Assembly: GCA_013265495.1 (NCBI GenBank)
Contig: MU058384.1
Coordinates: forward strand, 495,622-559,621
Length of the DNA: 64,000 bases
Direction of reading: 5' to 3'
DNA from: Vicugna vicugna
Lineage: Eukaryota
Shown here: positions 53,000-64,000 of the stretch, one piece after another
How the letters are laid out: each line of letters starts with the position of its first letter
Position numbering within the stretch: position 1 is the stretch's first letter
Notes under the pieces: model-generated
The model's database searches: none
What the model was told of the DNA's origin: nothing
Seen by the model: only the letters and a program-made list of their open reading frames with translations
Translations under genes and position numbers: made by a program

Positions 53000-53147
53000 G
53001 GGGAGGATATAGCTCAGTGGTAGAGTGTGTGCCTAGCATGCATGAGGTCCTGGGTTCAATCCCTGGTAACCACAATTAAAATAATCTCATCAACCTATCT
53101 AATTACTATCCCCCCTAAAACAAAACAAAACAAAACAAACAAGCAAG
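53000..53147 (+). mobile_element. tRNA-derived SINE (camelid Vic-1-like)
   Basis: 'gggaggatatagctcagtggtagagtg...gaggtcctgggttcaatccc'; (CAAAA)n tail; perfect 14-bp TSD CAAAAGCAGTCTTG at 52986-52999 and 53148-53161. Confidence 0.92.
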
Positions 53148-56100
53148 CAAAAGCAGTCTTGATTTCAGAGAACCATGCTGACAATGACATTCCCAAATAT
53201 AAAAATGAGGCATGCTAGCAACAGGAAAGATCCAAAGGAAAACCTAGAAGTTTGACACTAGGCATAAAAGGGTAACACTTCATAAAATTCATTTTGCTTG
53301 CTGAGTTGTATTATTTAATATTTTATATTTTATATTTGTTGGTTTGTTGTCACCAAAGACCCAGATTACTTAAAGCAGAAATCATAGGCCAGTCATTCTG
53401 AATCAGAATCCCCTCTAATACCCAACAGTTTTAGGTTTTCTGTTAATTTTTCTTCTGTTTTCTATTCTCTATTTCCCAATCAGTTATTGTTAGGGATTTT
53501 TTCTTGATATTAAATCTTTCAATATATCTTGTCCTTCCACTGGTTTGAAAACTGAGAATAAAGTTCTCTATTCTCTGGGCTTCCTCATGTAAACCAAGCA
53601 GAGAAGACAAATTAGTGAAAAAAGTATATGTATATAATGGATAATTAAGACAGGTATAAAATAGACAAGATGATCTCCCGCCTCAATTTAGCAAGAGAAA
53701 TAAAATAGGGTTTTTTGTATAGTTATTTAAATAATGTCACAGGATAGATGCCAACTGAATGGCATGAAACATTAGTGTAGGTTGTAGAATTAAGAGGAGT
53801 GCTGATGACCAGCTTTTGTATTTAGTAAATATTGATAGTTGATGTAACTGGTTCATATATATTAATTGCCTTTACTGCCAAATATCAGAAGCTCTGGTAG
53901 GCAATTCTAAAATCTACACATGAGATTTTTGCTATCTAATTAAGTCTATTTCTGCTGGTGTAAGCTTTGCAGTGTGATTATTTTGTGTTATAAAATATAT
54001 GACATATAGATCTACTTTGCTATTTTAGGTACCATATCTAGACTTGACAGAGTTATGCATTAAGGGAATAGAAAAAGAGCAGAAAAGTTAGAAAACTACC
54101 CAGTAATAAAAATCATTTTACTTCCAAAGATTTGTGCAGGATAACTTTTCTTTAATTTTGATCTAAGTTTTACTTGAATTTTAGATAATTTTCTGATGTA
54201 CATTCTTTCACATCCGCAAGATTACTGATGAGGTTAATGCTGTTAGAATTTATGATTTCATGGAATACTGGCCTTAGTGAAATATACTTTAATTACCTTT
54301 TGTTATTACCTATTGTTTGTGCACTTTCCACATATTTTCATTCTGAACAAAACTGGTCTTGAACAAGCTTATTTGATTTTATTTTCCTAATGAGATTCCA
54401 TTACACTAGATTGAAAAAAAATTCTAATTTAAGAGAATATACATTCTTCCAAGGCTTTAGAAAAGCAATTAAATATTTATAAATTTTATAAACATATTGT
54501 TTGAAAGATAAATTTTTATTATTTTCTAATAATTTTTATCTCATAAAAACTATGAGGTAACTACTAAGAGATAATTATTTAGTTCTTTATATAAATTATT
54601 TAGTTCTTTATAACTTCTAAAAAAAAAAAGCTAGTAAGTTCAATTTGTCTTCACCCTCTCCCCTCAATATTTTGCTGTAATCTCTATAAATACTAATATC
54701 ATAAGAATTTGTCTATTTATCATAAAATATATAAAGGAATACTGTCTATCCTTTCTCCCCAAAATTTTTGTATGAAAGCTTTTAATTACCCTTAACCTTG
54801 GAATTTTTAAAAAATATTAAGCTAAACTTTGAAATTTAAGGGATAACTCAGTTTGAATCCTAGAGCAATGTAGACATAAAAACACAAAAATGAGCAGCAG
54901 AAATAAAGAGTTCTGTTAAAATAAAAGTAAGATCCAAAACCGTCCAGTAGTTTTCAAGGATGGATGCTGTAAATAAGAATGGCTTGTAGCAGTCTTCAAA
55001 GAGAGCAGTTTATTACAATTGGCTAGCATTCAAATCAATTGCTGGGGAAAGAAATAAAACAAATTGGGCTGGATAGAAAGCAAGTAGACTCAAATTTGTC
55101 AGTAGGCATTTTATAGGGCTAGTTTTGACAAGAGACTTGGACTAAATAATGCTAGTAAGATAATTACATTGCCAGAACAATGGGACAAAAAAGTCATTAA
55201 ATTGTCAAGAGTGCCAATCTAAAATTCTAAGCTTTCCCTAGAATACACTGAGCCTTTTGAATTTCCTTTACACGGAAAACAGCCATATTTTTTGGCATAT
55301 TGTAAGTATTTTAAAATGGTACCCGGGAGACATTCAACCAAAGGAAATTTTAATTTCTTAGAAATGTTGATATTGTATAATTCTAAGAACAAAAGCCTTA
55401 TTTTGATATTTTTAACTATTTCCCAAACTGAAAATTTTAAAAGTCTGGTTTTGTTCAATAAAAGAATAGTATAAAATGCTTTTTTATGTTTAAAATAAAA
55501 TATATTTTGCATTTGCTATTTATTTTTAAGATTTAACTGCTTTTTTTTCCACAAGGAAAAATGAGTAGCATGGTCATGAAAAATCCTACCAAAAATCAAT
55601 ATCCCTTTTTTATTAACTATTAGAAAATTAACTGAGTTTGGAGAAAATATTATTGTGGATTTTTATCTTCTCTCTTTCATATCTTTTGTTCATACATGGC
55701 CATCATGTTCATGTCACAGATGAAATTAAGGCTTTTTAAATAAATGTTTAGTTTCAATAGATTTGAAACATTTTATTTAGAACATTTTATTCTCTCCGGT
55801 AAATTTTTCTTTCACTTTCCTGATGTAGTCCTTGCAAAGCTCCACAAGTAATGTGGTTAATATTTTCACTGGCATATAAAGGTATTGCTTTGATGTGGAT
55901 AATCAATGATTCAACATAAAACCACACAAAGAAAATAGCTTCAGAATGTTCAAAAAAAAATGCTGTCAGGAAAAGTGAATAGAGAAGAAATATTAAAAAA
56001 GAATGTTTACTTTATGTCTACAGCATGACAAATCAGCATTGCCTGAGTAAAGTTTCAAAAGTAAACTGAATTGGAGTCTTCTAGATTTCTCTTGAGCTAC

Positions 56101-56274
56101 GCGTGGCTGTATGGTGGGAACGGATTAAAAGATGAGTTTCTCCTTTGGTGCTATCATTGGTTTGTTGTTGGTTGTTGCTGTTTTGGTTGTTGCTGTCAGG
56201 TATTATCAATATTACATGTTTGCTGACCCTGTCACTCAATTACTTCTTTCCTTCTCATCATTCTTTTTAATGTT

Positions 56275-56492
56275 ATTACTCATTCAAAAATCTAACCTCA
56301 ACTCATGTTGAACTGATAGCTATTCCGTACTGTTCTCTTTTACCACTAGTTGTGTGATTATTTTAAAATTTCTGTATATTCCACTAGACTCTAAGCTTAG
56401 CAGGGCAAAGGCCTTATATGTCATCATCACTGCTGTGTCCCTTATACCAGTTCACAGCAGATAGTAGGCATGTAAAATATCTGTTTCATGAA
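56275..56492 (+). mobile_element. L2 3' end
   Basis: 'ccactagactctaagctt..cagggcaaaggcctt...catcactgctgtgtccc...cagatagtaggcatgtaaaatatctg'. Confidence 0.75.
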
Positions 56493-56598
56493 CCACTGCA
56501 TTCATATTCTGGTTGGTTTTACTAATGTGTTTTTTTGTTTGTTTTTTTGTTTTTGTTTTTGTTTTGATGTAACGGGGAAAAATCATTCCTTAAATGAC

Positions 56599-59500
56599 AG
56601 TCACAGGTCCAGTTCCCCAGGAAGCAAACTCTGAGACAAAGTGCAATGATCAGGATGACTGTTAAGGAGTAGCCTTGCCATGAACATTGTGGAAAGGAAG
56701 GGAAGAGCATGGTTGGATGGTGGGATAAGACTGAGCTGAGGTACAGGCCTGTATTCTGCCAAATTCATGGGAACCTGTGGACTTAAAATGGCCCCTCAGA
56801 CCGGTCCCCCAGGAATCCCCAATAATCAGAACTTTGAATAACCCTTACCTGAACAGGCTTTGGATGTGGGCTGCCCCTAGAAAGGTATGACCTTAGGCAA
56901 GGCAGATCTCTGCAGTTGAAGAAATCTCTGAAGCCCTCAGAGATGAAAAATGTCTACTGACAGCCCTCCTGAGAAATGGGGCTGTAAGTGCTTGCTTGAA
57001 GGGAAGGGATTTGTATCTACCATAGTTCATCCCATGAACCACTCAGATTCAGATCTCCACACTTGTTTATTGGACAGCTTGCCTATAGTTTACAAGGGCC
57101 TCTTATTCTCAAGGAGACCTAGAAGAGAAAGGTGAATGGGACAAATCAAAGCCCTTCCTGTCACAGCTGATCTTGATACAACAACTAATACTTTTTCTCT
57201 TCTACATTACCCATTCTAGAATTTCTCTATCCTTGGGTAACACTTCTGCTGGTCTTAGTGGCTTATGTGGTGTTGTGATTCATACCTTTATCCATGGTCA
57301 GTAAGCCTGAGTCAGTATAATCTTGCCACAATTAAGCAAGGAATTAACAAGAGGCACCCAAGTGGATCCCTAGGTACCAAGGCTATCCCTGCCTTCCCCC
57401 ATTATGTAACAGTGACCCTATATTCTGATGATCAGAGCAATTTTTACTTCCAAGATTGTCATCCTTCAACTTGCATGTTGGTCCCTTAGTGTGAGAAATC
57501 CAAAGTGCCCAGACATTAGCTAATGTGTAAAATGCAATGAGACTTTTTGTATTTCATGGTAGAAGTATTCCCCTGCTGGGGACCAGGAACTCTAACCATG
57601 CAGAACATAGAACTGCGGAAATAGGGAGAAATATTGCCATCATTGGGAGTGATGCACTGGCTACGTTTCCTTCCAACCCAGTCTCCAGACTTACTTACTT
57701 TTTATGAGAAAAAAATGTAAGTATCTTTTAATAAAGGTATATACTATGTCTTGGAGAATGGCCTCCAAGATTGTAGAGTATTTGCTCCAAACTGGCACTT
57801 CATCTGTGTCTTCAAAACTTTCTGAAACTACAACTTCTGGATGTGAAATTGGATATGACATTGTTTTTGATTTGCTAACTTGGTTATGTGGGAGGGGAGG
57901 GGTCCACTTTCAAAGACTTCAAATTGTCCTTTTCCCCTTGAATAGCTTTTATTTCACAAGTCATAGAGACAATGAGAGAGTCATATAAACTACTAAGTGT
58001 GCCTGTCCTGATTATAAATTCTGAGACCAGGGAAATAATTACTGACTGGCTCTGTGAATACAGTGAACCCACTATGATCTGGACCTTAGGCAGGACTCCA
58101 TGTATTGCCTGGCACCCAAATGCCTCTAACCTAACAGAGGGAACTTAATGATGCTCCACGTTCCTGAGTATCAGTGTCAACTTGGACTCCATATCCAATA
58201 GTCCTTGAAATATTTAGGTATTTACCCTTTACCTATGTACAGTTATCTGAGTAAATGATCATAGATGTCTTTGGGGGAAAGACTGAACTTACTGTTACCA
58301 TGTACACATGCCAGGATGTTGGAGTGTCCTTCATTCTGGGGACCTGGCCTCTGATGCATGGGTTCTGTGTCCAAAAATAGCCAAAGAGCTGGACACAGGG
58401 CAAGGGATCGTGGACTTTTTCCTAAGGTAACTGCCATTGACCTCCTGGTCTTCCTTCCAACTGTGCTTTTTTTTTCCTACTGGTGTATTTTGAGTAGTAG
58501 GCTTATTGGCTGCTCACCTAATTTACCCATAGGAATCATGCATTCTATCAAGTATCTCCATAAATATCTGTGGGTCAGTCCCCCTTGGCAGGCCACCCCA
58601 ACTTTTCTTCAATCTAGACTCAGACAGTTAAGTGCTGTCACCTTGCCCCTCTTGTATTATAAGCCATCTCTTCCATTGAAGTCACTGAAGATAGGTCTGT
58701 AGCACTGTCTCCTAACAACAGCACTGTCCCACAGAAGGGAACTGCCACGTACATACTTAGGGATGATGGTGCCTCTCGCCAGTGCTGTTTATATGATCTC
58801 AGTAGATGATGCACCATTCAGCCTTCACATGAAACATTTGCTGGATTTTCTAGCCTTATATAGTACATCCTTCTTCCATAACAACTTGGCTGATGCTTTT
58901 AATTCCCTTCTTTCACTGTTTAACATGGCACTTAGAGCGTTATGACCTCATTGAACACGTCATCATTTTTTTTCATGTTTACCAGCCATGCTAATAATGA
59001 GTTTATAGCATATCCTGGGGTTCTTTCCAGATGTTGCATCCTAAATCTCAAGGGAATGAATCTAAATCAGTAATCATGCTCTTAACAAAATGTATGTTGT
59101 AACCTCCTTTACCAAGGCCTTTTATACGTCATTCTCACATTATTCGCCTTCAACTATTGCTGGGACGTGCTTTTAGTCTAGCAAATCCTTTGAGGTGTAT
59201 TTTCATTCATCTCTTCTCAGACCCAGCACATCTCTGGCTCTTTTGTTGCTAGTCAGTCCTAGATATCAGCCTAGTGACGTTGAGAGTACACACAGAACCA
59301 GATCCTAAGAGATTCATAACAGACTTGAGGGGAAGTCTCCTACTGTTTTCAAGTAAAGGAAATTTATTACCTTCTGATTGTCCAACTGCATGTGATTTCT
59401 CTCAGAATTTTATCTTTGTCTGGATCTTTACCCGATTTTAGAAAGCCATCCAATACTATCTTTCTTATTACTTCTATTTTCTCCATGTTTTTCAAATATC

Positions 59501-60137
59501 TGATTCATCTCATGAGCTAGTACATTCCCTTCTACCAATTAATAATCCCACTTCACCATAAGAACCTTAACAGTTATACTATCACCTTATGCCAGGGATG
59601 AATGTGTTCTACCTACCACCATGATGTGGTCCTCATTACTAGACTGTGCCACGGAATCTAGCTCCAATATAGCATCTTAACATCTGCTTTCTGGGGTTAA
59701 ACACCCATCAGCAACTTCCACAGTTTGGATTCCATAGGAAGCAGCCTTGAGACAGAGTTTAGTGTTCAGTATATTTTTGAGGGAAGACCTTACGATCAAT
59801 ACCTTTGGAATGGAGGTGGAAGAAGCAGGACTGAGAAGAGAGAGAAGTTGTTCTGTAATGTATCTGAAACCCTCTGTTACATCCAGAGGGAGTACAGTAT
59901 TTAAAATGGTCCTTAGAGTTTCCCATGTTAAACCAAAGTGATGGGGCCTTTATACCTTCACGTGAAGCAGTCACTGGAAGTCAGCTGGCCTCGGAAGAAC
60001 ATGGATGTGGGCAGGGTACCTCTGTGAAGCTGAGATAATGCTTCAACGGGCTGAGAGCCACTTGCTGACAGCACTCCCGGCAACTAAGACAACATGTCTT
60101 TGGAGAACGTCTGATTAGCATATTTGTGTCCACCAAG
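56599..60137 (-). mobile_element. Two-LTR ERV-L provirus (LTR16/ERV3-16A3-like), internally deleted
   Basis: LTRs 56599-57024 and 59716-60137; perfect 5-bp TSD ATGAC at 56594-56598 and 60138-60142; gag HPWHKV..VEGNVLA..DSIGWL; protease FTQITVH..IFQGLLDMESKLTLI; ORF 57884..58072 is the protease end; integrase tail LKTQMKCQFGANTLQSW; dUTPase GHFGFL..LLHNG..DPLGCLLLIPC..PLRPAEVL. Confidence 0.9.
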
Positions 60138-60227
60138 ATGACTGAAATTTTATCCCCAGATATAGTAGTATGTATCTACTATCTGCTGTTTAACTGCAGT
60201 CTATGTTTGCTTATATTTTAAAATGCC

Positions 60228-60505
60228 CTATCTATTGGCCATTTGTAAGTCATCTTTGGAGATTTGTCTATTCAAATCTTCAGCCTGTTTAATTGGGTTA
60301 TTAGCTTTTTGCTGTTGAATTCCAGGAGCCACTTATATATTTTGGAAATTAACCCCTTATCTGATACATGGTTTGCAACTATTTTCTCCCATTCTGTAAG
60401 TTGTCTTTCACTCTGTTGATTGTTTCCTTTGCTTTATAGAAGCTTTTTTAGTTAGATGTAGGTCTGCTTTTCTGTTTTGTTGCTTCAATGTGCTTTTGCT
60501 GTCAA
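60228..60505 (-). mobile_element. L1 ORF2 fragment
   Basis: 'ttggccatttgtaagtcatctttggagatttgtctattcaaatc...aaccccttatctgatacatggtttgcaactattttctcccattctgta'. Confidence 0.85.
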
Positions 60506-60623
60506 AAGTTATATTTTGTCAGTTTCTTAAATTTAGTGATATTAATCTTATTTAGATATACATTGGCATAACTTAAATTATTAAATTTTTATCCATTATT
60601 TTGTCGAGCATGAGAAGTGATGC

Positions 60624-61207
60624 TTTTTATTTATTGATGTATAATTGATATACAGCATATTAGTTTCAGGTGTGCAATATAATGATTTGATATTCACATG
60701 CATTGTGAAATGATCACCATGATGAGTTTAGTTAACATCCGTCACCATATATAGTTATTTTTCCTTGTGATGAAAACTTTTAAGATCTCTTCTCTTGGCA
60801 ACTTTAAAATATGCAACACACTATTAACTACAGTCACCAGGCTGTATGTTCTACCCCTAATGCTTACTTTATAACTGAGGTTTGCACCTTTGATCCCCTT
60901 CACCTATTTCACCCATTCCCCATTCCCCCTTCTCTCCTCCTGGCAATCATCAATATTTTTTCCGTATCTATAAGCTTGATTTTTTGTTTTTGTTTTGTTG
61001 TGATTTGACTTTAGATTTCACATGTAAGTGAGATAATATGGTATTTCTCTGTCTGATTTACTTCATTTCACATAATGTCCTCAAGGTGCATCCATACTGT
61101 CACATATAGCAAGATTTCCTTCCTTTTTATGGCTAAATAGCATTCCATCGTGTGTGCATATGTGTTTATGACATTTTCTTTATCAATTTATCATTTGATG
61201 GACATTT
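60624..61207 (-). mobile_element. L1MA9-like 3' end
   Basis: 'tttattgatgtataattgatatacagcatattagtttcaggtgtgcaa...cattgtgaaatgatcacc...tgtaagtgagataatatggtattt'. Confidence 0.85.
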
Positions 61208-64000
61208 CAGAACTTTAAACATTATGCAAAAGACTTGGTTTCAAGCTACCATGAAAAGCACATTTTAGTCTTCATTCACACCCTAAACTTACCCTTAGAA
61301 ATGACATAAAATGTTATAAAAGGTAATGGCTACTTTATTACCTTTTCTGCCAGTTCTGCTGTACATTACGGCTCACTTTGCTCTGGTTATGAGATAGAAC
61401 TTCTGGATATATCACCTGAAGGAAGTTATTCCTTCTCACAGATGCTAGCAGAGAAAGAAATGAGGCGGGTCACTCAGCCCAATTAAATTTTCTTAAAGGC
61501 AAATTCACAAGGCAATACTGACATATACAGTGCTCTTTACTGCACTGATGGATGAAACATGGTGAGAAACATAAAATCAGCTGTAAAATATCACATTGTC
61601 TAGGTCCAAAGGAAATATCTTCAGAATGTCAGAAGCTTTATGATAGGTTCTCTTCGTGTAAATACCCCAGTCTTGACCTGGCTCCTTTGCCCTCAGTTCC
61701 TTTCTTCCCTACTCCCTTTACCTTTCAGGCTCTACCACCTCTTAGAAATGCCAACTCTGTGTACAGGGTTTGAACTCTCCCTATTCATGTCTACCAGCAG
61801 CATCTCTTTCAAAATCTAAGTAATGTTACTTGGAGCTACAATGTCTGAGGATGACTGCAGTCTGCTGTCTGGTGATGGTGCTTACATCACCGAACTTCAC
61901 TAAACTTCAGCAGTTTAGATGGCAGAGAAGCATGGGTTTGGTCCTAGAATCACGAACTATGGTTCTAAGTTCTCTTCACGGTCGCCACACTGGTCTGAGT
62001 CCCAGACAAGATTGTACATTCTCCCATTGCGGATTCTCCCTCTGTGAGTACTAATTGCCAAGATTCTATATTATCTTAAAACATGACTTTATTTTCATGC
62101 TAATTTAAACTTCTACTTAATTTAGCAAGAACCCTGGTTCAAAAAAGGAGTCAATTATCACTCATGATGATACAGAGCAGAAACTGTAACGTTTCTTCAC
62201 ACCTATTCCTACTTGGGTCTTAGTACTGTCAAATAGGTATTAAAACATTTTCAATGTGAGAATTTTTTTTTTTTTTGCCAAGGATCTAATTTTCCCAAGG
62301 GGGAAAAAAGACTTCATTTTGTAATTCATAGGTTTTTGCTCCATTGTGAAAAGAAACCTACAATTGATAGTTGTTTTGTGTGTGTGTAGCTTTTATAGGT
62401 ACAGTAGTCAGTTGCATGTGTTCATACAAATGAAATATGGATGCTAAGAAGGCTGCTTCAGTCTCAATAGCCAAGTTCACCAACATACTAAGGAGTCTGT
62501 TTTTAGAAATACTACTGAAAAATATGTAAGTATTACCTATGATATTATTCTTTCCTAGAATATGCATTTCAGGTCATTGACAGATATTCCAGAAAACAAC
62601 TAGAAATGTGATAGATATAATGCCGCATCTAAGCCTTGAATCTCCTATCATTTGGATCTATGATTAATATGGGCATTTCAGATGATACATCATGATACTC
62701 TATTTGGACAACTGACCATGAAGAACTCAATACTTCAGAACATGAGAAAATAATACCTTCAGGCATTTTCCTAATTATAAGACACAACCCACCAATGTAT
62801 ATAAAAATACAACTCTCCCATATATAATTGTAAAAATGACCAGTTATTGTTAGTATTACTACTATTAACTGTTTTACCTTAGGGAACGGTCTGAATTTCT
62901 GCTGTCAAGCATACTGGTAAATATTAGGACTTTTTGGATGCAACTTAAAAGTGTTTAGTGATTGGAATGAACTTCATTAAATCATTTCTCAAGTAGAGTA
63001 GAACCAAGAAATTTCTAGTATAATGGGCACGCAGCATTCTATTGGGGTTTCTGATTAGCTTTCAAATTTAATTTATGAGAAATCACTATGAATACAGAGG
63101 AATGTCTGACATTCTTCAGGAAAAAAAAAAGTTCAATGGTTAGCAAATATCTGCACTCTTTTTTACTCAAAAATCACTTCCAAAGGAGGTAGAGAAATTG
63201 CAATAGAATCTCCCCTTTTATTCTGTCCACATGGTTGGTAAAATGTAATTGTTAGAAGACAGAGCTGCTCTACTTGACTGTCCAGTAAAAGCCTTTTTGG
63301 ACTTGGAACAGATTGCTTGCTTTAAAAAAAAAAAAACTGGCTCTGGCCAATTTTTTGGAATATAGTCTTGGTCCTGACCCAAATGTCAGTTTTTAAATAA
63401 AATTAGCAGGTATTTTGCAGTGCAGAAATAAAACCAAAACAATCTGCATTATTTTCCAAGATAAATATATTTTTGTTCTCTTATTTTTACAAAATAATTC
63501 TGTTTTTTTCTGGAGGCCTTTTAAGATGAAAGAGAGACCTTACATCTACATTGTTTTAGGCTACAAACATGAAGATAAAAATGAATAATCTCTTTTATTT
63601 CCATGCTGATGTTTGATTCTATTAAATCTTATTTTAAGTGATTTGAGTTGATTCTTTTTTTTTTTTTTGCATTGAACATAATTATATGGAGGCCAGAGAG
63701 ACTTCATTGACTGAACGTGTAAACAGATGGTTTCTTGTGTAAAAGGTCATTGCTGAGGAATGAGATATATTAAACCAGCGAAGCAGAGTCATAGTTGAAA
63801 AACTAGTTGCTTAAATGTGATTCTTAGTTAGAAAACAAAGAAGGAAAGGGAAATAATATCCTTTCAATTTCCAGGAAACCTGTTAGCATTTTAAGTAATA
63901 ATTAAAAACCATCATGTAATGTTAGGATTAGAGATGATACCTTAGTATTGAAATAATTCAAAATGAATCTGAGGAATCAAGGGTCTGATGAAGTTGAGGA

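Noticed and set aside
53000..53075. tRNA-like sequence (also 21553-21620)
   Set aside because: SINE head with A-rich tail and TSD; no clean acceptor stem, so not a tRNA gene.
54572..54612. Short tandem duplications (also about 12268-12303, 13383-13415, 31975-32017)
   Set aside because: Two-copy slippage duplications in AT-rich DNA; no spacer structure, so not CRISPR-like.
58358..58702. 114-aa plus-strand ORF
   Set aside because: Antisense to decayed ERV-L gag.

Overview
AT-rich, CpG-depleted mammalian DNA, intronic or intergenic. It is most likely camelid, an inference from two tRNA-derived Vic-1-type SINEs and several camelid-type L1 3' ends. I can support no intact protein-coding gene, RNA gene or CRISPR array. 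The listed ORFs are chance ORFs or pieces of L1 ORF2, ERV-L gag/pro/pol, or the env-like relic below. The window is a layered transposon record (L2, MIR, old L1M, MLT1/MaLR, Tigger, hAT, ERV-L, an ERV1 solo LTR, younger L1s and SINEs). Family names come from recalled consensus sequences, not from a search. Highlights: (1) a decayed env-like relic at about 20.8-22.3 kb whose layout recalls F-glycoprotein-like (Ovex1/lokiretrovirus-type) envs, which is an inference needing an HMM test; (2) a two-LTR ERV-L provirus with a 5-bp TSD that lacks RT, RNase H and most of integrase; (3) a nested stack at 35.7-40.9 kb with a complete MaLR provirus inside ERV-L gag; (4) a 241-bp foreign insert with a 26-bp duplication inside an L1; (5) an L1 3' transduction; (6) a twin-primed inverted L1; (7) a CpG-retaining segment with a CTCF-like motif at about 10.4-10.9 kb.
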